Source: an uncultured Candidatus Saccharibacteria bacterium
GTDB taxonomy: Bacteria; Patescibacteriota; UBA1384; XYA2-FULL-43-10; 1-14-0-10-43-13
DNA: 32,000 nucleotides
Reading direction: 5' to 3'
Assembly: GCA_964543385.1 (NCBI GenBank)
Contig: CAZIYE010000001.1
Coordinates: 210,001 to 242,000 of the forward strand
The translations under genes were made by a program, and so were the position numbers. Below, in pieces: positions 6,780 through 14,538 of this stretch (positions are counted from its first letter, which is position 1; each line of letters opens with the position of its first letter). The notes beneath the pieces were generated by a model that had not been told where the DNA came from, made no database searches, and saw only the letters and a list, made by a program, of their open reading frames with translations.

Positions 6780-7592
6780 CTAGTTTGAAATATCCATATT
6801 GGCAACCATATACCCAACACCAAATGGGTTCTCATATGAGTAGACCTTTGCTTTGTAGCTCTTTTGAGATATAGCACCTAGCAATATCAATGTCGAACGA
6901 TAACCACACTCCCCTGCCTTCTCAACAAAATCATCATCCATATTCAACACTGAATAATCATCACCTTTTTTGATCAAAGATATAAATTCATTATCAAACT
7001 TTTCGCCATTAAAGGTTTCTCCTGCCTGGGACTCCTGACCTATCCTATGACTCAAATCACCTGAAGCGATGATAGCTATTCGGCTATTTGATTTTTTTTC
7101 ACAGACCTCTGATAAGATCTGCCCAAACGCATAATGCTCGGCCTTCGATGCGGTAGAATATCCAATAGGAAGTATTTTATGGGAGAAATCTAGTTTTTGA
7201 CTCAAAAAATAATAAGGCACTGTGACACCGTGATCCAATTCATATTCACCGTCACCATTATCATAAAAAATTGCTGGTAGACCTTCGTCCTCGGACTTAT
7301 CGACAATCTCTGCAGCCAATTCAATATCGTTTTTAACGTGACGCTCATAATCAGAGTTATTAAATGAGTTAAAAGAAGCGTACAAGTCAGACATGCCGCA
7401 TATATTAAATAAATGCGGATAATGAGCCATGTGGGGAGAAATAAAAATTATTACATCTGGGTCGGTATCAGCCAGCTTTTCACCCATCTTCAAAAGAGCA
7501 TCTTTTGTTTTCGCAATCTTTTTTTCATCACCCTTACCAATAAAAGGTACTAAAACTGGTGGATGAGGCACAATACCTGCAAAAACAATCAT
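6780..7592 (-). CDS. Class III extradiol dioxygenase subunit B-like (LigB/Memo superfamily) protein
   Basis: 270 aa. Pattern: N-terminal GIVPHPP, then FISPH, LDHG and SGDLSHR. These fit the His/Asp ligand layout of LigB-type enzymes. The substrate is unknown. Confidence 0.65.
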   Translation of the reverse strand: MIVFAGIVPHPPVLVPFIGKGDEKKIAKTKDALLKMGEKLADTDPDVIIFISPHMAHYPHLFNICGMSDLYASFNSFNNSDYERHVKNDIELAAEIVDKSEDEGLPAIFYDNGDGEYELDHGVTVPYYFLSQKLDFSHKILPIGYSTASKAEHYAFGQILSEVCEKKSNSRIAIIASGDLSHRIGQESQAGETFNGEKFDNEFISLIKKGDDYSVLNMDDDFVEKAGECGYRSTLILLGAISQKSYKAKVYSYENPFGVGYMVANMDISN

Positions 7593-7650
7593 GCTATTCC
7601 TTTTCGTTTAGTTATTATGAAATTATTATAACAAAAAGGTGAATAACTAA

Positions 7651-7872
7651 CTAATTATTATCATTAGATCTGGTGGCAAGAGATATAATCATATATATAG
7701 CAGCCACTCCTACTATGTCATAAATTAATTTTGTAACAAAGGTAGCTTGACCAAAAATAACTTCTACAAGATTGAAGTCAAATATACCAACCAACCCCCA
7801 GTTCACACCCCCAACAATTAAAAGCACTAATACGATCCAATCAATTGTGTTTAAGCGAAACATTTGTTTCAC
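7651..7872 (-). CDS. DUF378 family small membrane protein
   Basis: 73 aa with two hydrophobic helices. It has the characteristic GG(V/L)NWGLVG.F.FNLV motif. Confidence 0.8.
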   Translation of the reverse strand: MKQMFRLNTIDWIVLVLLIVGGVNWGLVGIFDFNLVEVIFGQATFVTKLIYDIVGVAAIYMIISLATRSNDNN

Positions 7873-7942
7873 CTCCCTTTATTGTTTTAATAATGATTAT
7901 AAATATAAATTATTAAGACATAAAATAAATAGCATAAAATAC

Positions 7943-7974
7943 AAAAAGACAGAATATTAAAACTCTGTCTTTTT
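7943..7974. terminator. Intrinsic terminator downstream of the 1117-aa surface-protein gene
   Basis: The sequence aaaaagacag ... ctgtcttttt gives stem agacag/ctgtct flanked by an A-run and a T-run. On the minus strand the hairpin is followed by U5. Confidence 0.65.
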
Positions 7975-8014
7975 GATTTAGCCTAGTTAAAAATGGCCAA
8001 TTTTATTGCATTCT

Positions 8015-11000
8015 CTAATTTGCTTGAGTCGTTGCTGCAGGAGTGCTTGGCACAGTACTTTTAACCTGGGTTGTAATATCACTAGGAATATCTGCAGATT
8101 TAAGAATCGCATCAAAGAATGACTGTAGAGATGGATCCACTTTAGTAGTTTTCCCACTTTCGGCTACGGTAGTGAATGGATCTGAAGTCATTATATCTTT
8201 AGGTCTAGGGCACATATTATAGAAGGCGTCGCTAAGATTGGTATAACGCTTTACACAATTATATTCTTCACCATTTATAAAACGATACTCTTTTTGAACT
8301 GAACCATACCACTTGCCCTGAATAGTAGTCTTCATGACATCACCCATCACAGCAAGCATCTGTTCTGGAGTCTGACTACCTATTAATGTATATGGCTGAT
8401 GACCGCTCCAGAAATACCAATTCATAAACTCTGTTGTCGAAGGATTTCTCCCCAGCATCTCTTTATAGACAGCAAATATCTTAGCAGAGCGAGCTTTCTG
8501 TTGATCTGGCGTTAGCTTGACTGGTGGAATCTGATAAACCCTTATGGTCTTCAACAGTTTCTTGAGGCTATGAGCATAATATACTTCGCTCATATCATAG
8601 TTTTGCGTGCCTGATATCATCTTTGGTGTTGGAGGTGTCAACGGTCTCTTGTCATTGCCGCCAAGACTAACAGAGAATCCAGGTCCAGCCAGCTTAAATC
8701 CACCCTTTGCATTTTGACCGATGGACAACGGAATTGGTATAGGGCCGACAGGTACAAAACCACCTATCCCTAATCCCCCATCTTTGCCTATAGACAGGCT
8801 AACTCCGACTCCAGCTAGGCTTCCAATCGGCAAGCTAGCACCAGTGATCCCATTTTTGTCGAAACCAACACCTATATTCCCTAATCCTACAAGCTGGCCG
8901 ACATTCACGGAGCCGCTGACAGAACCATTTAATCCGATACTTATACCACCCATGGAATTGCCGCTAGAATCATTATATGCATAATTCATAGCCAGATTAC
9001 CCTTACTATCAAAGGCCATACCTAGATTGCCACCTGTGGTTATTTCTTTAGTACGAGCGACCTCTTTTGTTTGCTCTTCTCCAGTTGCTGGATCTATTAC
9101 TGCTTTACCATCAGCTCCAGTAACTAAAACCTTGTCAAAAACCTGCTTACCCTGACCGTCTAACACATTGACGGTCTTTACGTCAAATTTAGAGAGATCA
9201 ACGCTACCAGATACTACACCTCTTGTGTCGATCATTAATGAACCCGCCCCTGACATGATTTTCTCACCTAAAATATTTTTTGCTGAATTTGGCAATAATT
9301 TATCCAAAGGCAAAGGAATCTGGAATGATTTAGTATTAGCATTGTAAGAGAAAAGTTGCCCAAAGGCCTTGAATGATCCACCAACGCTCCCGTCTCTAGC
9401 TACCTGTATTGAGGTCATCTCAAAATACTTGCCGTCTTGGCCAAGCGAAATATAAGCATTACCATCTAATTTATTTAAATCAGCATAAACATTACCATTT
9501 CTGTCTGAAACTAAGCTGATTTTTTGTCCTGCAAATTCAACAGGTACATTTGCAGTATATTTCTGAGTAAATGGATCAAATGCAATATAACCAATTGACT
9601 CGAAACAACCATCTGATTGGGCACCACCAGCACATGCAACCTTTTTCTTTATCGAGGTAACATATTCCATATGACCAGTTGCAGTATTCATCGATACACC
9701 TGTTCGATAGGAAGTTTTCAAAATATCATTACTTTCGATCATATTGCTAACATATTCAGCAAACTCCAAAGTCTTGATAGTATCGGCGTTGCCCTTAGAT
9801 ACTGATTGTATACCTGCAACAGTCGATTTCATTGCATCTAGATTGAATGGAATAGTTGAAAGATATGAAGTTATAGCTCGCTGATCATCAATATTGTTTG
9901 GTCGCATTGCAGCTGCCATAAGCGAAGCACAGCTACCAACGCAATAACCATTGTTCTTGGATATATCCTCTGCTATTGCCTTAGAATTATCGTTTAAAAA
10001 TATAATTGTTTCTAAGCTAAAATATTTATCCGCTCCTGTTGCAGAAGCAGTAGCTATCAAAGTCTTCATTGCATCGGCTTGTGCTCTTGCAGAATCATCA
10101 ATCTGCGCCGTCTGATCTGCTGATAAATCCTTTTCATTTGCAGCAATGGTATTAGTTAAGAAATTCCATGCGGTAAGCAATGGATTTGCCACCCCGTCCC
10201 ATACACGAGCAAAAATATTTAAATCTTTTTCTGCCACACTGGCTGGCGTTTCTGGAACTCCAGCATTAGGGCCAACCGTATTAGTACTATCAGTTCTTTT
10301 TAAAGCAGCAATCTCTGGCTTTGCTAGTAGATCCATCACTATTTCCATATTTCTAGCAAATGGCTCCGCTAACTTCTGATCCTTATCGATCAAGTTTGCC
10401 TCATACATTGGTTGATTTAAAGCATTGTGGAGTATAGTTTCTGCTTCTGTATGATTGCTACTTGCCCAACTTACGCCATCTTTAGACCAAACAGTACCAT
10501 CCCATTTATATCCCAAATAATCCTCTGAAATTTGCTGGATCAATTCCTTATCAGATTTTACTTTTATAGCTTGGATATCAGGTTTAGCGAGTGTTATTTG
10601 AAGCTGTTTATTCAAAGCATCGGCATGATTGACAGCTGCCGGATTAGTCTTTGCTTGGTTATAAGCCGCCAGAGTTTCGTTACATTGATCATGAAGTAAA
10701 TTTTCAGCAGGTGTATGTTTGGCCCTATCCCAAGTGTCGCCGCTATCATTAACCCAAGCCCCGGTGACTTGCTTGCCATTTAGAGTCCAAACCTTGTCAG
10801 GGTTCCAGATATAACCCAAATAACCATCCGAGATGTCACTAACTACTTGGGCTGCTATTACAACTTTATTATTTGCGGAAGCGGCAACTGTCGCAGGCTT
10901 TACCATGATAGCATTTGCAGCTTTTATCTGCTTATCAAGTTCCAGAGCATTACTTTTAACAGGAGAGTCAACGGTTTGATTAGCAACATACAATGCCTGA

Positions 11001-11368
11001 TTTAATGCACTATGAAGTTCAATATCGGTTTGACTATGCCCTTCATTGGTCCAAACTTTGCCATTATTATCAACCCAGGCTCCCTTAACCTCTTTGCCGT
11101 TTATAGTCTGAGCTTGATTTGGATTCCACTTATAACCAAGCTTGGCTTGAGAAACAGTACTGATAGCATCAACTGTACTCATGGCTTGAAGCTTGTAGCT
11201 CCTACTTGCATCGGCTTTAGGAGCAGTAGTAGTCTGTATCGCAGGCAAAGCAGAGCTATCTGCACTAATCAAGTCCGTAAAGAAAAATACAAATCCACAA
11301 ACCAAAAACAGAATCGTTGATATAAGTAATATCAAGGCCTTTTTATCAATAGAGCTTTTACTTTTCAT
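8015..11368 (-). CDS. Very large membrane-anchored surface protein: three ~100-aa tandem repeats, a Cys/His papain-like region, a Gly-rich region and a DUF4214-like C-terminal region
   Basis: The track ORF reaches 11425, but ATG 11368 is preceded by GGAGGGAG and gives MKSKSSIDKKALILLISTILFLVCGFVFFF, a signal anchor. The repeats are anchored on LGY(K/I)W at track residues 96, 203 and 304. Other elements: NNGYCVGSCASLMAAAM ... GHMEYV; a Gly-rich stretch at about residues 797-925; and AVYKEMLGRNPSTTEFMNWYFW, which resembles the DUF4214 LGR..d..g...W motif. Confidence 0.85.
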   Translation of the reverse strand: MKSKSSIDKKALILLISTILFLVCGFVFFFTDLISADSSALPAIQTTTAPKADASRSYKLQAMSTVDAISTVSQAKLGYKWNPNQAQTINGKEVKGAWVDNNGKVWTNEGHSQTDIELHSALNQALYVANQTVDSPVKSNALELDKQIKAANAIMVKPATVAASANNKVVIAAQVVSDISDGYLGYIWNPDKVWTLNGKQVTGAWVNDSGDTWDRAKHTPAENLLHDQCNETLAAYNQAKTNPAAVNHADALNKQLQITLAKPDIQAIKVKSDKELIQQISEDYLGYKWDGTVWSKDGVSWASSNHTEAETILHNALNQPMYEANLIDKDQKLAEPFARNMEIVMDLLAKPEIAALKRTDSTNTVGPNAGVPETPASVAEKDLNIFARVWDGVANPLLTAWNFLTNTIAANEKDLSADQTAQIDDSARAQADAMKTLIATASATGADKYFSLETIIFLNDNSKAIAEDISKNNGYCVGSCASLMAAAMRPNNIDDQRAITSYLSTIPFNLDAMKSTVAGIQSVSKGNADTIKTLEFAEYVSNMIESNDILKTSYRTGVSMNTATGHMEYVTSIKKKVACAGGAQSDGCFESIGYIAFDPFTQKYTANVPVEFAGQKISLVSDRNGNVYADLNKLDGNAYISLGQDGKYFEMTSIQVARDGSVGGSFKAFGQLFSYNANTKSFQIPLPLDKLLPNSAKNILGEKIMSGAGSLMIDTRGVVSGSVDLSKFDVKTVNVLDGQGKQVFDKVLVTGADGKAVIDPATGEEQTKEVARTKEITTGGNLGMAFDSKGNLAMNYAYNDSSGNSMGGISIGLNGSVSGSVNVGQLVGLGNIGVGFDKNGITGASLPIGSLAGVGVSLSIGKDGGLGIGGFVPVGPIPIPLSIGQNAKGGFKLAGPGFSVSLGGNDKRPLTPPTPKMISGTQNYDMSEVYYAHSLKKLLKTIRVYQIPPVKLTPDQQKARSAKIFAVYKEMLGRNPSTTEFMNWYFWSGHQPYTLIGSQTPEQMLAVMGDVMKTTIQGKWYGSVQKEYRFINGEEYNCVKRYTNLSDAFYNMCPRPKDIMTSDPFTTVAESGKTTKVDPSLQSFFDAILKSADIPSDITTQVKSTVPSTPAATTQAN

Positions 11369-11504
11369 CTCCCTCCAAAACATTATTACAATTACATATA
11401 AAATTACATTAGAAACAATCGCCAATTCGATGACTAATTAATATTTTAGTGCTTTATATTTTGTCTGTCAAATTGTCCCAAAAAACAAAACTATAGAAAT
11501 AATA

Positions 11505-11822
11505 CTAGTATGGGAAGGGCCCTGGGATCTCCGGTCCCGACATTGGCGTCGCCTCTCCTTGTCTTTGTGGCCGACTGTTCTCAGGGATATCATTAGTAGC
11601 TTGATTTGATTGGCTATCTTGAGAATTGCTTTGATCTTGTTGCACGGTCGCAGAGCTATCTTCCTCCGGAGATTTTTCTGCCTCCGGCGTAGACTCTGGC
11701 GGCATTTCTTCTACGACTGGTACTGGCTGAGGAGATAATTTTTCCTCTTTAGGTTTTTTAATAAAAGAATATAAAGCAAAACCAGCGATAACGACTATCA
11801 CAGCCACTACTACAAAATTCAT
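11505..11822 (-). CDS. Hypothetical membrane-anchored low-complexity (P/E/S/Q-rich) protein
   Basis: The open frame extends to 11882 (TTG). The ATG at 11822 has GAGGA 5 nt upstream and gives MNFVVVAVIVVIAGFALYSF, a TM anchor. The tail is acidic and Pro/Ser/Gln-rich. The start choice is uncertain. Confidence 0.6.
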   Translation of the reverse strand: MNFVVVAVIVVIAGFALYSFIKKPKEEKLSPQPVPVVEEMPPESTPEAEKSPEEDSSATVQQDQSNSQDSQSNQATNDIPENSRPQRQGEATPMSGPEIPGPFPY

Positions 11823-11925
11823 AATCATCCTCAAATTTCTTCTCTTCTCATCCATATGAATAACATACATTTTATTTACCAATTCTGAAAGGTAACATGT
11901 TATAAAAATTAAAAAAGGATATATT

Positions 11926-12099
11926 GTGCCACCAAAATATATTTGTATTACGGATGACTTCTACACAGACAATAAAGCAGACGCAATGGATCATATAGAC
12001 ATGCATCCCCGCCATGAAATAGTAGAAATCGTCAGAGACAATCAGGGAACAATTGAGACAAGATTAATTAAAGTCGTCTCAGAGAAGAGTCTAGAATAG
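11926..12099 (+). CDS. Possible small ORF (57 aa, GTG start), hypothetical
   Basis: Hand translation: VPPKYICITDDFYTDNKADAMDHIDMHPRHEIVEIVRDNQGTIETRLIKVVSEKSLE. AAGGAT lies 5 nt upstream. It fills an otherwise empty 220-nt gap. I recognise no family. Confidence 0.3.
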   Translation: MPPKYICITDDFYTDNKADAMDHIDMHPRHEIVEIVRDNQGTIETRLIKVVSEKSLE

Positions 12100-12103
12100 A
12101 GCC

Positions 12104-12715
12104 TTATCTTTTTATTAATTGTATTAGGAAAAAGATAATTCCTGCGCCCAAAACAATGAAACCAAGGTATTCGATGGAAATCACAAGCATTAGAACAATT
12201 ACTGGCAAATATATTAAAAATAATAACAAAAATGCGCCTCTCTGATTATTTGAAAAAATCGCTAGAATAAATGATGCAAGGAGAGAAAGCACTGAGATTA
12301 AAATAATGAGTGGACTCGCCCCTAAAAGATTACGTTGCAGACAAATACTACTTTGAGTTGCCAGTTGGCAATAAATCATTAAGATACCTAACATGGAGTA
12401 TGTTACTAACACGATAATAATAATTAAACGACAATCACCCCTCCAGCAGGGGCCCAAAATACCACTAATAAATTTAACTGGAAAAACAAGATTAGAAAAA
12501 ACCCTACCATTTCTTTGATCATTGAATTTAACAACTCCCATAGCTTCATCTACTTTTTGTCTAACCTTTATACCTATATCAGAGACTAGCTCCTTCTCTA
12601 TTTCTTTCTCAATCTCTTCCTCAATCTTTTTATCAATATGCTCAGGCAATTTTTTTATTTTTTCGTCTATCTCGCTCTCAATTTTCTCTGATTTTTTTAT
12701 CTTGCGATGTGCCAT
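12104..12715 (-). CDS. Hypothetical membrane protein with a charged E/K/I-rich N-terminal domain
   Basis: 203 aa. The N-terminal ~60 residues are a KIEEEIEKEIEKE-type charged helix, followed by about 4 hydrophobic helices. Confidence 0.65.
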   Translation of the reverse strand: MAHRKIKKSEKIESEIDEKIKKLPEHIDKKIEEEIEKEIEKELVSDIGIKVRQKVDEAMGVVKFNDQRNGRVFSNLVFPVKFISGILGPCWRGDCRLIIIIVLVTYSMLGILMIYCQLATQSSICLQRNLLGASPLIILISVLSLLASFILAIFSNNQRGAFLLLFLIYLPVIVLMLVISIEYLGFIVLGAGIIFFLIQLIKR

Positions 12716-12864
12716 GCTTCCCCATTATTTATATTGAACTCACATTACTACTTTTTAAAGCATCCCGTTTTGTTGCATTTATCAATTTTAGATATTTCAT
12801 ATTTTATAAATAGAGTTAAAAATGAGAAAAGAGGATTCAAAAAATATTAATTGAAAGGATTCTT

Positions 12865-13077
12865 ATGGCAAGAGACGTAGGAGGAATCGGACCAGCTAAT
12901 ATTATGAAACAAATGAAAGGAATCCATTTCCCTGCAACTAGAAGCGAAATAGTGGAATTAGTCAAAAATGGACCAGGACCAGATACAGATCAAGTTATTG
13001 GGATTGTCGAAAAATTACCTGAAAAAGAATACAAATCAGTAGCTGAAATTATGAAAGAAATAGGTAAAATCGAATAA
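12865..13077 (+). CDS. DUF2795 family small protein
   Basis: 70 aa. The pattern MKGIHFPATRSEIVELVKNG...VIGIVEKLPEKEYKSVAEIMKEIG fits DUF2795 (l.gv.FPa.k.dl...a...ga...v...l..lp...Y.s...v). Confidence 0.75.
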   Translation: MARDVGGIGPANIMKQMKGIHFPATRSEIVELVKNGPGPDTDQVIGIVEKLPEKEYKSVAEIMKEIGKIE

Positions 13078-13178
13078 TTGAGATAGTACGAATAAACATG
13101 AATAATCATCACCGCTATTTAGTGTTGCACTATTTTGTTGGATTTAATATTCTGTATCCTATATTAATATTGAGAATA

Positions 13179-13255
13179 CGGGGATTAGCGCAGCCTGGTA
13201 GCGCGCATCGTTCGGGACGATGAGGTCGTGAGTTCAAATCTCGCATCCCCGACCA
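13179..13255 (+). tRNA. tRNA-Pro (anticodon CGG), CCA end encoded
   Basis: The sequence cggggat-ta-gcgc-agcctggta-gcgc-g-catcg-ttCGGga-cgatg-aggtc-gtgag-ttcaaat-ctcgc-atccccg-a-cca folds as a complete cloverleaf. Confidence 0.93.
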
Positions 13256-13256
13256 A

Positions 13257-13285
13257 TTGACAAAGATATAGGCTTTGTTAATATT
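13257..13285 (+). promoter_or_regulatory. Candidate strong promoter starting 2 nt after tRNA-Pro
   Basis: Exact TTGACA (13257-13262), a 16-nt spacer, then TAATAT (13279-13284). Confidence 0.5.
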
Positions 13286-13290
13286 AAGCG

Positions 13291-13406
13291 TATGAAGAAT
13301 TATCGGAATACTATTAACATTAATATAAATCACCCTTCGGCGGCGAATTATTAATGTTAAAAAAATATTCGATAACATCACCGCCTAAAGGGCGGTTTTT
13401 GTTTTT
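13291..13406 (+). promoter_or_regulatory. Leader or small RNA unit A: AT-stem hairpin plus intrinsic terminator preceding the 13465 ORF
   Basis: A 12-bp perfect inverted repeat, ttaacattaata (13314-13325) against tattaatgttaa (13349-13360), encloses a GC-rich loop. The terminator is ccgcc-taaag-ggcgg (13381-13395) followed by TTTTTGTTTTT. An upstream GGCGG (13339-13343) can pair with the terminator 5' arm. Confidence 0.45.
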
Positions 13407-13464
13407 AGATAGCTTGGATTAGGTGTTGCCAAATCTAGTCCAATACTGTCTAAGGAGACCGACA

Positions 13465-13797
13465 ATGATAATCCAGGGAATAATCCAAAACTTCCTGACC
13501 GAACGGGGAGCTTTTGGACAATTGTATCCTGAGCTACCATTTACAATTAACACTTGTGCCGGAACAATAAGTATTCCGGACAATCGACTACCGCTAGAGC
13601 AACGAAAATCCTACCTCCGTAGAGCAAACCTTTCAAGCAAACCTGTTCTCACCATCGAAGAAAATACGATTACAGTGAGAACAGATAAGTTGGAAATATC
13701 GCTTACCAGAGATAGTGATATTAGTTGGACTGGCACTATGACAGCCATAGATGCTCGCATTGAGAGCGATGGCGTAGTTGCCACGGAGACCGGCTAA
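13465..13797 (+). CDS. Hypothetical protein (110 aa), visibly GC-richer than its surroundings
   Basis: The ATG at 13465 has AAGGAGA 6 nt upstream. The track start 13423 lacks an RBS. The stop codon sits in the loop of a perfect 10-bp hairpin, ggagaccggc-taat-gccggtctcc (13785-13808). I recognise no family. Confidence 0.7.
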   Translation: MIIQGIIQNFLTERGAFGQLYPELPFTINTCAGTISIPDNRLPLEQRKSYLRRANLSSKPVLTIEENTITVRTDKLEISLTRDSDISWTGTMTAIDARIESDGVVATETG

Positions 13798-13837
13798 TGC
13801 CGGTCTCCAGACCAAATTTCGTTTAAAAGTTAAATTG

Positions 13838-13867
13838 TTGACAACAATATCAGTAAAGGACTATAAA
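13838..13867 (+). promoter_or_regulatory. Candidate strong promoter of leader unit B
   Basis: Exact TTGACA (13838-13843), an 18-nt spacer, then TATAAA (13862-13867). Confidence 0.5.
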
Positions 13868-13871
13868 TATA

Positions 13872-14005
13872 TTAATGAAACAAAATCATAAAAATCTCCT
13901 CCTCGTCCTCCTTATTAGCCCAACCCAGCGGTGGTGATTTTTCTTGATGTAAAATAAATAATATCGTTTAGCACTTCAAAATATCCCGCCGCAAGGCGGT
14001 TTTTT
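13872..14005 (+). promoter_or_regulatory. Leader or small RNA unit B: 20-codon mini-ORF plus intrinsic terminator preceding the 14064 ORF
   Basis: The mini-ORF 13875-13937 encodes MKQNHKNLLLVLLISPTQRW. The terminator is ccgcc-GCAA-ggcgg (13986-13999) followed by T6. GCGGUGG (13928-13934), which overlaps the last codons of the mini-ORF, can pair with CCGCCGC (13986-13992), the terminator 5' arm. Confidence 0.45.
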
Positions 14006-14063
14006 CGTATTGATCTTTGGAGCTTGGGTCATCCCAGGCTATCAAAGATCAAGGAGAATGCCG

Positions 14064-14438
14064 ATGGATTATATCCAGAATCCAGACGTCAACCTAGGAC
14101 TTGACTCTCGAAGATTGGAGTCAGGCTGGACTGTAGTATTGAGGGTTATCCCGAAAAGGAATGGCGGGGAGGTCTACGAAAGCCACGGAAATGGCACAAA
14201 CCTCAAGGAAGCAATCATCGACGCTGCCCGCCAAGCATTCGCGATTCCCGAAACCATAGTCATAGTTGAGGAGAGCTATCATAACAAAGTGCGCTGCCTT
14301 TTCTACAACTATGCCTCGACTGAATACACCGGCGAGTATCCATGGAGACTCGCTCTGGCATATTCAATGCTTTTCTATCTGTTGCATAAGCAGATGAAAA
14401 CAAAGGCCAAGAGCTTTAAAACAATTATCCTGGCCTAA
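14064..14438 (+). CDS. Hypothetical protein (124 aa), visibly GC-richer than its surroundings
   Basis: AAGGAGA (14051-14057) is followed by in-frame ATGs at 14058 and 14064. The track start 14010 is a TTG with no RBS. The stretch WTVVLRVIPKRNGGEVYESHGNGTNLKEAIIDAARQAF loosely resembles the beta-beta-beta-alpha end of a dsRBD-like fold, a weak impression only. The C-terminal segment is hydrophobic. Confidence 0.7.
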   Translation: MDYIQNPDVNLGLDSRRLESGWTVVLRVIPKRNGGEVYESHGNGTNLKEAIIDAARQAFAIPETIVIVEESYHNKVRCLFYNYASTEYTGEYPWRLALAYSMLFYLLHKQMKTKAKSFKTIILA

Positions 14439-14506
14439 TCTATTCCGTTGAATCATAGCAAGGCTATGATATGTAAATAATAGCGATCCTATTATTTACA
14501 CTCCGA

Positions 14507-14530
14507 GCACCCCGTCGCACAGCGGGGTGC
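14507..14530. terminator. GC-rich hairpin between the converging 14064 ORF and the chorismate mutase gene
   Basis: Stem gcaccccg (14507-14514) pairs with cggggtgc (14523-14530). It is followed by ttcctttatt on the plus strand. Confidence 0.5.
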
Positions 14531-14538
14531 TTCCTTTA

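Noticed and set aside
13314-13360. Integron attC-like site (arms contain TATTAAC ... GTTAAAA, close to RYYYAAC/GTTRRRY) and a cassette-array reading of the islet
   Set aside because: Both core sites miss the consensus. The other islet hairpins lack the AAC/GTT cores. No integrase is in the window. The ORFs have their own strong promoters, unlike promoterless cassettes. Such AT-rich near-matches are expected by chance.
13130-13381. Track ORF (-, 83 aa) across the tRNA-Pro(CGG) gene
   Set aside because: It lies antisense to a canonical tRNA and to the AT-rich leader hairpin, so it is a spurious open frame.
13875-13937. Calling leader B a Leu- or Trp-sensing biosynthetic attenuator
   Set aside because: The Leu-rich mini-ORF and the terminal Trp codon are suggestive. 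However, the downstream gene is not biosynthetic and there is only a single Trp codon. Only the structural possibility is reported.
13256-14538. Direct repeat of the tRNA-Pro 3' end (att site) marking the far border of the islet
   Set aside because: I found only a weak resemblance, gagcaccccg versus cgcatccccg near 14505. There is no convincing duplicated tRNA segment and no integrase, so I do not call an integrative element.
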